Shown: positions 16,942-25,976 of the stretch, one piece after another
Layout of the letters: every line of letters starts with the position of its first letter
Position numbering within the stretch: position 1 is the stretch's first letter
Source: an uncultured Thermodesulfovibrio sp.
GTDB taxonomy: Bacteria > Nitrospirota > Thermodesulfovibrionia > Thermodesulfovibrionales > JdFR-85
Assembly (NCBI GenBank): GCA_964391515.1
Contig: CAYMML010000001.1
Span: 1 to 49,176 of the forward strand
Direction: 5' to 3'
Length of the DNA: 49,176 nucleotides
Position numbers and translations under genes: made by a program
The notes under the pieces: generated by a model
What the model was told of the DNA's origin: nothing
Database searches by the model: none
What the model saw: the letters and a program-made list of their open reading frames with translations, nothing else

Positions 16942-18564
16942 TTGCTAATGGATACACAGGAAAAGGGACTCGATGAGATTTACTCCGAAACCATCACTCC
17001 GGTGGAAGAGGGAACACTGCTCACGGGAAAGGTGTTAACTATTACAGACGACAGTGTTATTGTCGATATAGGGTTCAAGTCTGAGGGGTTCATCCCCAAG
17101 ATGGAGTTCACAGAGGATGAGTTAGCCGACCTTGCACCCGGCAAAGATATCGAGGTCTTTGTTTCAAGGATAGACCCGGAGGGAATGGTGAGCCTCTCGG
17201 TGGAAAAGGCACGGAGGATACGGGTACACCACAAACTCCAGGAGGCTCTAACGAGCGGCACCCCTGTTGAAGCGGTTGTAACAGAGCGTATTAAGGGTGG
17301 TTACAGGGTAAGTATCGAAGGCGTCAAGGCATTTATGCCGGGCTCACAGGCCGACCTGAAGCCACTGAAAAACCCCGACTCCATTATCGGGCAGAACATC
17401 ATGGTTAAGGTACTAAAACTCAACCCCAAGATGACGAATGTGGTTGTCTCCCGCAGGGAGGTGCTTGAGGAGGAAAGGAACAGACTCAAAGAAAAGACTC
17501 TTGAGCATCTGAAGGTGGGTGCCATAATGAAGGGTGTGGTAAAAAACCTCACCGATTATGGAGCATTTGTTGACCTTGGTGGTATCGATGGTCTTTTGCA
17601 CATATCCGACATCTCCTGGGGGAGGATAAAGCACCCCTCTGATGTATTCAAACCCGAGCAGGAGATTGAGGTGGTGGTTTTAGACTTCAACCCTGAGACT
17701 GAAAAGGTAACCCTCGGGTACAAACAGAGAAAGCCCGATCCATGGCTTACTGTTGATGAGAAGTACCCACCTGGTAAGATAGTAAGTGGAAAGGTGGTAA
17801 GCCTTACGGATTACGGTGCATTTATAGAACTCGAAGAGGGCGTGGAAGGGCTTGTGCATGTATCCGAACTTGACTGGTCTCCAAGGCCAAAACACCCCTC
17901 ACACTACATAGAGGTGGGCGACTATGTGGATGTAAAGGTCCTCAACCTGGACATGAACCAGAAGCGGATATCCCTTGGGATCAAGCAACTCAAACCCAAG
18001 CCATGGGATGTGGTTGCCGAGAAATACAAGGTGGGACAACGTGTGATCGGGAAGGTGAGAAGCCTTACGGAGTTTGGTGCCTTCATTGAGATCCCTGAAG
18101 GGGTGGATGCCCTGCTTCACATATCCGACATATCCTGGACGCGCCACATTAAGCACCCCTCCGAGGTGCTCCGCAAGGGACAAAAGATCGAGGCGGTAAT
18201 TCTCAGCATGGAGCCGGAAAAGGAGCGTATGGCGCTTGGGCTCAAACAACTGGAGCCCGATCCCTGGGAAAGCGAGATACCATCAAGGTATAACCTTGGT
18301 GATGAGGTCACCTGCAAGGTGCTCAGAAACACTGAGTATGGGATATTTGTAGAGATAGATGGTTTTGTTGAGGGTCTTATTTATTCATCGGAGATAGAGA
18401 GGTCTCTGCTTCCAGGACAGGATGACCCGGTGGAAGGCGACGAACTTCGTGCCCGTATAATCAAGATAGACCTGGAAGGAAGGAAGATAGGACTCAGCAT
18501 GAAAAACCTGAGCACCCTTGATGAGACCGAACAACAGGGAGAGGTAGAAGAAAGGGAAGACTGA
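16942..18564 (+). CDS. rpsA: 30S ribosomal protein S1
   Basis: Six S1 repeats (recurring G.V..LTDYGAFV.L..G..GL.H.S). GAGGAGG SD. The start is either TTG 16942 or ATG 16948. Confidence 0.93.
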   Translation: MLMDTQEKGLDEIYSETITPVEEGTLLTGKVLTITDDSVIVDIGFKSEGFIPKMEFTEDELADLAPGKDIEVFVSRIDPEGMVSLSVEKARRIRVHHKLQEALTSGTPVEAVVTERIKGGYRVSIEGVKAFMPGSQADLKPLKNPDSIIGQNIMVKVLKLNPKMTNVVVSRREVLEEERNRLKEKTLEHLKVGAIMKGVVKNLTDYGAFVDLGGIDGLLHISDISWGRIKHPSDVFKPEQEIEVVVLDFNPETEKVTLGYKQRKPDPWLTVDEKYPPGKIVSGKVVSLTDYGAFIELEEGVEGLVHVSELDWSPRPKHPSHYIEVGDYVDVKVLNLDMNQKRISLGIKQLKPKPWDVVAEKYKVGQRVIGKVRSLTEFGAFIEIPEGVDALLHISDISWTRHIKHPSEVLRKGQKIEAVILSMEPEKERMALGLKQLEPDPWESEIPSRYNLGDEVTCKVLRNTEYGIFVEIDGFVEGLIYSSEIERSLLPGQDDPVEGDELRARIIKIDLEGRKIGLSMKNLSTLDETEQQGEVEERED

Positions 18565-18595
18565 ATATCACCACCCTTACGGGGAGGTCTGTGAA

Positions 18596-19444
18596 ATGAA
18601 AAAGGTCTGTATAGTTCTTGCTTTTCTGATTGTCATCACCCTCATCCTGAGCCTCTTTCTGGTTATGGTAAACCGGGAACTCCCCATAGGTGAGAAGGTT
18701 GCCATCGTAAGGGTGGAAGGGCCGATAATCAGTTCAGACCGGGTTATTGAAGAACTCAGAGGGTACGGCAAGGACCCATCGGTAAAGGCGGTCGTCCTCA
18801 GGGTGGAAAGCCCCGGTGGAGCAGTTGCACCATCACAGGAGATATACGAAGAGGTCAGGAAATTAAAGGATAAAAAACCCGTGGTGGTCTCCATGGGGTC
18901 GGTCGCCGCATCGGGAGGTTATTACATCTCCGCACCTGCCACCAGGATCTATGCAAACCCCGGAACCGTAACCGGTTCAATAGGGGTGATCATGGAACTT
19001 CCAAACATGAAGAAACTCATGGACAAGATAGGGATCAAAACCGAGGTGATAAAGAGCGGCAGGCATAAAGACCTTGCCTCCGTCTGGCGTGGAATTGGGG
19101 AGGAGGAGAGGAAGATACTCCAGGGCGTGCTTGACGATGTCCATTCCCAGTTCATTTCTGCAGTATCAGAGGGCAGATCGATTGACCGTTCAAAAGTAGA
19201 AGGCATAGCCGACGGAAGGATATTTACCGGAAGACAGGCGGTTCAGATCGGGCTGGTAGACAGCATAGGAAACCTCCAGGATGCCATCAAGGCTGCAGGT
19301 GAACTCGGAGGGATCAAGGGCGAGCCCCATGTGACGGAGAAAAAGGAAAAACCCTCAATCTTTGATTATCTCACAGGCCAGATCCCTGACAGGATGAAGG
19401 GGTTTTTCTCCTTCATGCAGTTAAAATACATGATGTACTATTAA
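18596..19444 (+). CDS. sppA: Signal peptide peptidase SppA (36K type)
   Basis: N-terminal anchor and ClpP/crotonase-fold motifs (RVESPGG, GSVAASGGYY, KSG..KD). Confidence 0.88.
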   Translation: MKKVCIVLAFLIVITLILSLFLVMVNRELPIGEKVAIVRVEGPIISSDRVIEELRGYGKDPSVKAVVLRVESPGGAVAPSQEIYEEVRKLKDKKPVVVSMGSVAASGGYYISAPATRIYANPGTVTGSIGVIMELPNMKKLMDKIGIKTEVIKSGRHKDLASVWRGIGEEERKILQGVLDDVHSQFISAVSEGRSIDRSKVEGIADGRIFTGRQAVQIGLVDSIGNLQDAIKAAGELGGIKGEPHVTEKKEKPSIFDYLTGQIPDRMKGFFSFMQLKYMMYY

Positions 19445-19454
19445 GGGAGGGAAC

Positions 19455-19742
19455 ATGACCAGATCAGACCTTATCGAGAAGGTGGCTGAAAGGCTTGACG
19501 GCTTCACGCTGAAACAGACGGAGATTATTGTGGAGACCTTCTTTGATGCCATTAAGGAGGCGCTGCAGAGAGGCGAGAAGGTGGAGTTGAGAGGCTTCGG
19601 AAACTTCAGGCTCAAGACCAGGCGGCCCAGGAAGGCAAGAAACCCAAAGACCGGCGAGTCTGTGGATGTGCCTGAAAAGCAGGTCGTGTACTTCAAGACG
19701 GGAAAGGAGCTCAGGGAGTTACTCAATCCCCATCTGAAGTAG
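19455..19742 (+). CDS. ihfB: HU/IHF-family DNA-bending protein, IHF beta-like
   Basis: 95 aa. MTRSDLIEKVA...GFGNF...RNPKTGE motif. The rpsA-...-ihfB synteny matches enterobacteria. Confidence 0.85.
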   Translation: MTRSDLIEKVAERLDGFTLKQTEIIVETFFDAIKEALQRGEKVELRGFGNFRLKTRRPRKARNPKTGESVDVPEKQVVYFKTGKELRELLNPHLK

Positions 19743-19810
19743 GCAGGAGGCGGTTCCTTGCTTCCGTAATCAAGGGATTCTTTCTGTCCCTGTCGCTGTT
19801 TTACACCCTT

Positions 19811-20185
19811 TTGACCTTTTTATTTCTATACCCTTCGAGGATAAGGGAGAAAAGGGTAATCTACCTCCCTGTACTCCAGGAGGATGACCTGCCAAGAAGG
19901 GGGGTTAAGAGCGTGTTTTACTCCTATAAAAGGGGAAAGCACGAGATAAACTCCCGTGCATTTATCGTCAACAACCGTGGATCACTCTTTGCACTCTCCC
20001 CCGTATGTTCCCATCTTGGCTGTATGGTAACCTGGCACAGAAAGAAGGGGGAGTTTCTCTGCCCCTGCCACGGTGGGAGGTATGACATTACCGGCAGGGT
20101 GATTGGTGGGCCCCCACCTGCACCCCTTACGCGGCTGCCTCTTAAGGTAGAAAAGGGAAAGGTGCTCCTCGGGGTAAGGGTATAA
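19811..20185 (+). CDS. Rieske 2Fe-2S protein (true start uncertain; see findings)
   Basis: Cluster boxes CSHLGC and CPCHGGRYD. The in-frame upstream extension from 19745 encodes GRRRFLASVIKGFFLSLSLFYTLL but contains no ATG/GTG/TTG. Confidence 0.8.
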   Translation: MTFLFLYPSRIREKRVIYLPVLQEDDLPRRGVKSVFYSYKRGKHEINSRAFIVNNRGSLFALSPVCSHLGCMVTWHRKKGEFLCPCHGGRYDITGRVIGGPPPAPLTRLPLKVEKGKVLLGVRV

Positions 20186-20187
20186 AG

Positions 20188-20835
20188 ATGGGTAAGGTCT
20201 TTGACTGGATAGACCAGCGGTTCGGCATAAAGGCTCCTCACAGGAACTTTCTCATAAGGAGGCTCCCCCCGGGGGTAAACTACCTGTACTGTATGGGCGG
20301 TGTGGCGTTTACGCTCTTTCTCGCGCTGGTTTTGAGCGGGCTACTTCTTTCCTTTTACTATGTGCCTTCAGAGGCAGAGGCATACCAGAGCATCCTCAGG
20401 CTCACCCGAGAGGTCAGGTTCGGAGGGTTCATAAGGAGTTTTCACAAATGGTCAGCCCATCTTCTTATAGTATTCATAATACTTCACACACTTCGGGTGG
20501 TTCTTCATGGTGCATACAGACCACCGCGGGAGTTAAACTGGGTAGGTGGTATGGGTACACTCCTCATGGCCTTTGGTTCAGGGTTTACCGGGTATCTGCT
20601 TCCATGGGATCAGAAGGCATACTGGGCAACAGTTGTGGGCACCTCTATGGCTGGAAGTATCCCTGTGGTTGGCAAAACATTGCTGTATCTCTTGAGGGGC
20701 GGGACGGATGTGGACGGAACCACCCTTGTGAGGTTTTACAGTCTTCATGTGCTGTGGCTCCCACTGATCATGTCACTCCTCTTATGGGCACACTTTCATA
20801 TGATAAAGAGGCAGGGTATTTCAGGCGGGTTATAG
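20188..20835 (+). CDS. petB: Cytochrome b6-type (split, N-terminal half) cytochrome b
   Basis: 215 aa. Haem-ligand His pairs H-x13-H (HKWSAHLLIVFIILH) and SLHVLWLPLIMSLLLWAHFH. C-terminus [11 protein letters not shown] closely resembles the b6 C-terminus. Confidence 0.88.
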   Translation: MGKVFDWIDQRFGIKAPHRNFLIRRLPPGVNYLYCMGGVAFTLFLALVLSGLLLSFYYVPSEAEAYQSILRLTREVRFGGFIRSFHKWSAHLLIVFIILHTLRVVLHGAYRPPRELNWVGGMGTLLMAFGSGFTGYLLPWDQKAYWATVVGTSMAGSIPVVGKTLLYLLRGGTDVDGTTLVRFYSLHVLWLPLIMSLLLWAHFHMIKRQGISGGL

Positions 20836-21420
20836 CCTCCTGCGGCCTTCCAGGGCCTTGGTAAGTGTCACCTCATCGGCAAACTCTATATCCCCTCCCA
20901 TGGGAAGACCGTAGGCTATTCTGCTTATCGTCACCCCATAGGGCTGGAGAACCTCTCTGATGTACTGGGCTGTCATCTCCCCTCTCGTGTTAGGGTTTGT
21001 AGCAATTATAACCTCCTCAACCCCCCCCTCACGCACCCGTTCCTCCAGTTCCCTGATCTTCAGTTTCTCCGGGGTAACACCATCAATGGGTGAAAGCGCC
21101 CCCAGAAGTACATGATACATCCCCCTGAACGACCCCGACCGCTCTATAACCATGATGTTGCTTGGCTCTTCCACAACACATATGGTCTTTGCATCACGGT
21201 TGGGATCTGTACATATACTACAGAGTTCCTCCTCGGTGATATTGAAACACCGCTTGCAGAACCTGGCCTTTTCTTTCAGATTTGTAATTGCACGGGCGAT
21301 AGATGACGCCTCATCATATGGCATGGCAAGAATAAAATAGGCAAGCCTCTGGGCGGTCTTTCTCCCTATCCCCGGTAGAAGGGTAAGTGCCTCTATCAGA
21401 TCCTCTATAAGCCCTTTCAC
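20830..21420 (-). CDS. recR: Recombination protein RecR
   Basis: HhH N-terminus, C4 zinc finger [16 protein letters not shown], Toprim domain. Convergent 6-nt overlap with petB. Confidence 0.93.
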   Translation of the reverse strand: MKGLIEDLIEALTLLPGIGRKTAQRLAYFILAMPYDEASSIARAITNLKEKARFCKRCFNITEEELCSICTDPNRDAKTICVVEEPSNIMVIERSGSFRGMYHVLLGALSPIDGVTPEKLKIRELEERVREGGVEEVIIATNPNTRGEMTAQYIREVLQPYGVTISRIAYGLPMGGDIEFADEVTLTKALEGRRRL

Positions 21421-21755
21421 CTGAGGAAATCTCCCAGGTTGCCCATACCGGGTATCTGGAGACCACCTGTAACACGTGCCATTTCCGACTGTACCATCTC
21501 CTGGGCACGTCTGAGTGCCTCATTGCATGCCGCCACTATCAGATCCTGAAGCATCTCAGCATCATCGGGATTGATCACCTCTTTTTCGATCTTCACAGAG
21601 ACTATCTGCCCCCCACCATTTGCAACTGCGGTAACCATCCCACCACCGGCAGAGGCCTCCACCGTCTTCTCCTTTGCCTCTTCCTGCACCCTGGCAATCT
21701 CTTCCTGGATCTTTTGTGCCTGTCTCATCAGGTCACCAAGCATCTTTTTTGACAT
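21417..21755 (-). CDS. ybaB: YbaB/EbfC nucleoid-associated protein
   Basis: ATG 21755 is preceded by AGGAGG. dnaX-ybaB-recR synteny. The track start at 21773 is less likely. Confidence 0.88.
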   Translation of the reverse strand: MSKKMLGDLMRQAQKIQEEIARVQEEAKEKTVEASAGGGMVTAVANGGGQIVSVKIEKEVINPDDAEMLQDLIVAACNEALRRAQEMVQSEMARVTGGLQIPGMGNLGDFLR

Positions 21756-23373
21756 CTCTCTTCCTCCTCTCAATTATTCTCGCCCCAAAGATCCGGATAA
21801 TCATCTCCTCTTCGGGGGTGATCTTCCTTTTCCCTGCTGTTTCTGTCTTTAACTCCCCCTTCAGGGCTTTTTTTTTAACAACCTCTATCCGTTTAATACC
21901 CTTAAAGCCCTCTATTTCACCAGATGTAATAACCTCATGTAGCCTCCCCACCTTCTCCCTTATGGAATCGGAAAGAAAGGCATGCCCCCCGTTAAGCGTA
22001 AGGCTGAGCAGATCCCCCTCCACACTTGGCATGGCAAACTTGAGTTTTGATGCAAGTATGGCATCCTCCTGCTCTATCCTCTCCACAAGTTTCTTCCAGG
22101 CATCCATGGTAGTTGTTGAGGGCACCTTGACTGGTGTGTCTTTCTGAGTCAAATCATTTGGTATTTCCGTCTCGTCTCTCTCCTTATCAGCCCTGGCGGG
22201 TTGGCTTTCTTCCACCACAGGCGGGTCTGCCTCTGGAAGAGCCGAGTCAAACCTCTGGAGTTGCTTTATAATGTCCCCAACAGGCCTCAGTTCTGAAAGG
22301 TAAGAAACCCTGAGGAGCATCATCTCCAGTGCAACACGGGGTGAGAAGGCTGTCCTGACCTCTGCCTCATGCCTTGCAAGTTCGGAGAGAAGGGTTGTAA
22401 GGTGCTCCTCTTTTATATTACGGATGTTTTCTTTTATGTACCTTTTTTCCACCTCCGAGAGTTCATCAAGGTTATCACCATCCGTCAGATATGCTATCAA
22501 AAAAGATCGCACAAACTGGAGGATATCACGGTAAAACATCCTGGGGTCCATCCCCTGCTCATAGGCCTGTTCAATAACCGATACTATCCCCTTGCGGTCA
22601 CCTTTAAGCACGGCATCAGTCACGGAGACGACCATCTCACTGTCTGAAAGCCCAAGGAGTGTGCTTACATCCTCCTGGGTTACCTCATCAGCAAATGCCG
22701 ATATCTGGTCAAGCAGGGTAAGGGAGTCTCTCATGCTACCGTCAGCCGCCCTTACAATCATCTCAAGCGCCTCATCCGTGATCCTGATCCCCTCACGCTC
22801 GGTTATCCGCTTCAGATGAGCCTTTATGTCAGCACTCTTTACCCTGTGGAAGGGCAGATGCTGGCACCTTGAAATCACGGTAACGGGGATCTTTTGAGGC
22901 GCAGTGGTGGCAAGAACAAACACCACATGCGGGGGTGGCTCCTCAAGGGTTTTTAAAAGTGCATTAAACGCAGACTGGCTCAACATATGAGATTCGTCTA
23001 TTATATACACCTTGTACCGTCCGAGCGTCGGTGCATACTTCACACGCTCCCTCAGATCCCTGATGTCCTCAACACTGTTGTTAGATGCACCGTCTATCTC
23101 CATCACATCCACCGCATACCCCTCCGTGATAGACTTGCAGGACTGGCAGTTGTTGCAGGGTGTTATCGTTGGGCCCTCGGTACAGTTAAGTGACTTTGCA
23201 AGTATCCGTGCTGTTGATGTCTTACCTACACCGCGTGGACCGGAAAAGAGGTAGGCATGGGCAATCCTCCCCTGTGATACGGCATTTTTCAGGATGGTCC
23301 TCACGGTGTTCTGACCGATGAGTTCATCAAAGGACTGGGGACGCCACTTTCTTGCAAGGACGATATAACTCAC
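21733..23373 (-). CDS. dnaX: DNA polymerase III subunit gamma/tau
   Basis: Starts [15 protein letters not shown] at GTG 23373. Walker [10 protein letters not shown], zinc module [15 protein letters not shown]. The track start at 23421 would overlap the SRP RNA. Confidence 0.92.
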   Translation of the reverse strand: MSYIVLARKWRPQSFDELIGQNTVRTILKNAVSQGRIAHAYLFSGPRGVGKTSTARILAKSLNCTEGPTITPCNNCQSCKSITEGYAVDVMEIDGASNNSVEDIRDLRERVKYAPTLGRYKVYIIDESHMLSQSAFNALLKTLEEPPPHVVFVLATTAPQKIPVTVISRCQHLPFHRVKSADIKAHLKRITEREGIRITDEALEMIVRAADGSMRDSLTLLDQISAFADEVTQEDVSTLLGLSDSEMVVSVTDAVLKGDRKGIVSVIEQAYEQGMDPRMFYRDILQFVRSFLIAYLTDGDNLDELSEVEKRYIKENIRNIKEEHLTTLLSELARHEAEVRTAFSPRVALEMMLLRVSYLSELRPVGDIIKQLQRFDSALPEADPPVVEESQPARADKERDETEIPNDLTQKDTPVKVPSTTTMDAWKKLVERIEQEDAILASKLKFAMPSVEGDLLSLTLNGGHAFLSDSIREKVGRLHEVITSGEIEGFKGIKRIEVVKKKALKGELKTETAGKRKITPEEEMIIRIFGARIIERRKRDVKKDAW

Positions 23374-23391
23374 TGTGTCTCTGTCACCTCT

Positions 23392-23506
23392 ATGCAGCCA
23401 GGTAACAACGGGCTGCGGCACCGGCTCGGAATGCTTACCGTTGCTTCCTTCCGGACCTGGCGGAGTTCACACCCTTACCGTGCGCAGGGCTGCTACCCGA
23501 CTGCAT
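23392..23506 (-). ncRNA. ffs: Signal recognition particle RNA (small 4.5S type)
   Basis: The minus strand contains the conserved domain IV core GCCAGGTCCGGAAGGAAGCAACGG. The ends are complementary (ATGCAGTCGGGTAGCAGCCC... / ...GCAGCCCGTTGTTACCTGGCTGCAT). About 115 nt. ffs-dnaX-ybaB-recR synteny is classic. Confidence 0.85.
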
Positions 23507-23536
23507 GGAAGAGACAGAAGAAAAAAGATTGTCAAG

Positions 23537-23629
<93 letters not shown>

Positions 23630-23668
23630 ACCTGAACTGAAATTATAACACAACAATCGCCCTCTTTA

Positions 23669-24580
23669 CTAAAAGAGCCCATCCACCGAGAGGTACCGCT
23701 CGCCGGTGTCGTAGCAAAAGGTGAGTATCCTTGAGCCCTCAGGTATCTCGGGGATCTTTTTCCCTACCGCTGCAAGTGCCGCACCGGTGGAGATACCACA
23801 GAAAAGCCCCTCTTCCCGGGCCGCCCTCTTTGCGTATTGGAACGCCTCCTCCTTGGAGATCTGTATAACGCCGTCAAGCAGTTCTGTGTAGAGGTTTTTC
23901 GGTACAAAACCCGCCCCAATCCCCTGAATGGGATGTAGCCCGGGGGAGCCACCGCTTATCACCGGAGAGAGGTCTGGCTCAACGGCATAGACCTTTAGTC
24001 CAGGAAACCTCTTTTTAAGCACCTCCGCACAACCGGTGATGTGTCCACCCGTTCCAACACCGGTTATGAGGTAATCCACCCCTTCAGGGAAGTCATCCAT
24101 TATCTCCCTTGCGGTAAACTCCCTGTGGGCATCTATATTTGCCTCGTTCTCAAACTGCTGAGGCATCCAGGAGTTTGGTATCTCCCTGAGCATCTCATAT
24201 GCCCGGTCTATGGCACCCTTCATCCCCTTTTCCTTAGGGGTAAGTTCCAGTTCTGCCCCGTAGGCGGCCATAAGCCTTCTCCTTTCCACAGACATTGACT
24301 CCGGCATAACCAGTATCATCCTGTAGCCCTTAACCGCCGCCACCATGGCAAGCCCGATGCCGGTGTTCCCAGATGTGGGCTCAATGATAACGGAGTCTTT
24401 ATTAAGGATGCCCCTCTTTTCTGCATCCTCCACCATGGAAAGGGCGATCCTGTCCTTAATGCTCCCACCTGGATTTGCCCTTTCAAGTTTTATCCATACC
24501 TCGTGGGTGGAATCAAAGAGTCTGTTCAACCTGAGATGGGGTGTACCGCCAATGGTCTCAAGGATGTTTTCAGCCTTCAT
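23669..24580 (-). CDS. cysK: Cysteine synthase A (O-acetylserine sulfhydrylase)
   Basis: PLP-lysine context NPGGSIKDR, the TSGNTG loop, and GTGGHITG. 303 aa. Confidence 0.92.
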   Translation of the reverse strand: MKAENILETIGGTPHLRLNRLFDSTHEVWIKLERANPGGSIKDRIALSMVEDAEKRGILNKDSVIIEPTSGNTGIGLAMVAAVKGYRMILVMPESMSVERRRLMAAYGAELELTPKEKGMKGAIDRAYEMLREIPNSWMPQQFENEANIDAHREFTAREIMDDFPEGVDYLITGVGTGGHITGCAEVLKKRFPGLKVYAVEPDLSPVISGGSPGLHPIQGIGAGFVPKNLYTELLDGVIQISKEEAFQYAKRAAREEGLFCGISTGAALAAVGKKIPEIPEGSRILTFCYDTGERYLSVDGLF

Positions 24581-24740
24581 CGTTACCTCCTTAATCTGTG
24601 ATTATGTCTATATAATTATACTCACTGCTGTCAAAAATAATCATTTGTATGAATCCTTATCTTTTCAATCCAACAAATCAGACCAGAGCCGCAGGATTGA
24701 TAAAATCAACGGAAACACCGGATAGGCGAAAGAGACCAGA

Positions 24741-24765
24741 TAAAAAAGGCCCTCCGAAGAGGGCC
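24741..24765 (-). terminator. Rho-independent terminator downstream of the DsrE-like gene
   Basis: Minus strand GGCCCTC-TTCG-GAGGGCC followed by TTTTTTA. Preceded by two further hairpins (24809-24837, 10-bp stem GTGCAGAAAG/CTTTCTGCAC; and CCCGGGG/CCCCGGG). Confidence 0.8.
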
Positions 24766-24849
24766 CTGGGGTTCCCGGGGGCGGGGGAGGAGATACCCCG
24801 GGATAGATGTGCAGAAAGGGAGGGTAACTTTCTGCACAAATAAGGGGGT

Positions 24850-25335
24850 CTATATGAAGAGGCAGATATCTGCATCGAGGGCAAAGTTCAGAAACTCTGC
24901 CGCACCAGCAACCTCCACACCCTGGACAAGATCGTCCTTCTTCACACCCGTCATCTCAAGTGTGGGGGTACAGGCTATCATCCTCACCTCCATCTCAAGA
25001 CAGGCGTCAACCAGTTCGGGGATGCTCGGCCAGTTTATCTTCTTTATCATCCCCTTCATCATGCTGGTTGCCATGGGCGTCATACCCGGAAGCACTCCAA
25101 GGATGTTCGGAAACGGAACTGGAGAGGGCATTGCCGGGTTTGCTATGGGTGCTACCTGGAGTTTGTCGTACTTGTTCTTGTTTACGATGTCAACCCCGTA
25201 GAGGGTGAAAAAGATCGCCGTCTCCACATCCATTGCCGCAGCAGTGGATGCAAGAATAAGCGGGGGGTATGCCATATCGAGCGTGCCCTTACTTGCAATG
25301 ATTGCCATCCTTTTTTGCTTCTTTTCCTCAGCCAT
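24850..25335 (-). CDS. DsrE/DsrF-like (DsrE2/DrsE_2-type) sulfur-relay family protein
   Basis: 161 aa. Begins MAIIASKGTLDMAYPPLILAS, with conserved Cys context RMIACTPTLEMTG near the C-terminus. 8-nt overlap with the TetR gene. Confidence 0.7.
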   Translation of the reverse strand: MAEEKKQKRMAIIASKGTLDMAYPPLILASTAAAMDVETAIFFTLYGVDIVNKNKYDKLQVAPIANPAMPSPVPFPNILGVLPGMTPMATSMMKGMIKKINWPSIPELVDACLEMEVRMIACTPTLEMTGVKKDDLVQGVEVAGAAEFLNFALDADICLFI

Positions 25336-25909
25336 TGAGTCCTCCTTTTAGGTTTATTCCTTTGTTAAGGATCCTGATAATGGCCTCTCCATGCTCTGAA
25401 GGGTCTGTCTTCCCCTTCAGAACCGGCGCCTTGATCATCCCCATAATGATGTCGGAAAGGAGATCAACATCCAACTCTCCATGTATAACACCCTGCTCAA
25501 TCCCCTTCCTTAACAGGTTTATAAGAAGTTCCCTTACAGTGCAGATCTTCTCATAACAGTTATCCAGTTTCTTTGAAAAGAGGTTCCTTTCCTCCTGTTG
25601 TAGAACGATAAAAAAAGACCTGTTCTCGTGGAAAAAGTAGACCATCTCACGGATGAACAGGTTCAGGTTCTTTATCGGGTCGTCATCAGAAAACTCCCGC
25701 TTCAGCCGGTTTATCATGGCATCAAGACCGCTCTGAAGCAGTGATGCGTAGAGTGACTCCTTTGATTTGAAGTGGTAATAAAGCGTTCCCTTTGCCACCT
25801 GTGCCTTTTTTGCTATCTCGTCCATCTGCACCTTGTGGTAGGGACGCCTGGAAAACAACTCCATCGCAGCCTCGAGTATGACCGACCTCTTTCCGTTTAA
25901 TGACCCCAT
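25328..25909 (-). CDS. TetR/AcrR-family transcriptional regulator
   Basis: HTH MDEIAKKAQVAKGTLYYHFKSKE. I chose ATG 25909 because a consensus promoter sits 6 nt upstream; the track start at 25999 would run through that promoter and into the HDOD gene. Confidence 0.85.
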   Translation of the reverse strand: MGSLNGKRSVILEAAMELFSRRPYHKVQMDEIAKKAQVAKGTLYYHFKSKESLYASLLQSGLDAMINRLKREFSDDDPIKNLNLFIREMVYFFHENRSFFIVLQQEERNLFSKKLDNCYEKICTVRELLINLLRKGIEQGVIHGELDVDLLSDIIMGMIKAPVLKGKTDPSEHGEAIIRILNKGINLKGGLNG

Positions 25910-25915
25910 AGGTAT

Positions 25916-25944
25916 ATTATACTGACCGGTCAGTCGGAAGTCAA
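25916..25944 (-). promoter_or_regulatory. Consensus sigma70 promoter TTGACT-N17-TATAAT with an embedded 14-bp perfect palindrome (putative TetR operator)
   Basis: Minus strand: TTGACT (25944-25939), 17-nt spacer, TATAAT (25921-25916), then ATACCT and ATG. The palindrome ACTGACC|GGTCAGT occupies 25921-25934. Confidence 0.8.
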
Positions 25945-25976
25945 TAGAAAAATTGATTAATAGATTGCGAAACTTT

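Noticed and set aside
21868-21876. A9 run (GTT GTT AAA AAA AAA GCC) in dnaX, as a possible tau/gamma slippage site like those in E. coli or Thermus.
   Set aside because: It lies only about 45 codons before the normal stop. A shifted product would be almost full length and would not remove the tau-specific domains. It is more likely just a Lys-Lys-Lys codon run, though it is a potential homopolymer sequencing-error hotspot.
23374-23421. The 16-codon N-terminal extension of dnaX given by the ORF track.
   Set aside because: It overlaps the 3' part of the SRP RNA, and the conserved DnaX N-terminus starts at GTG 23373.
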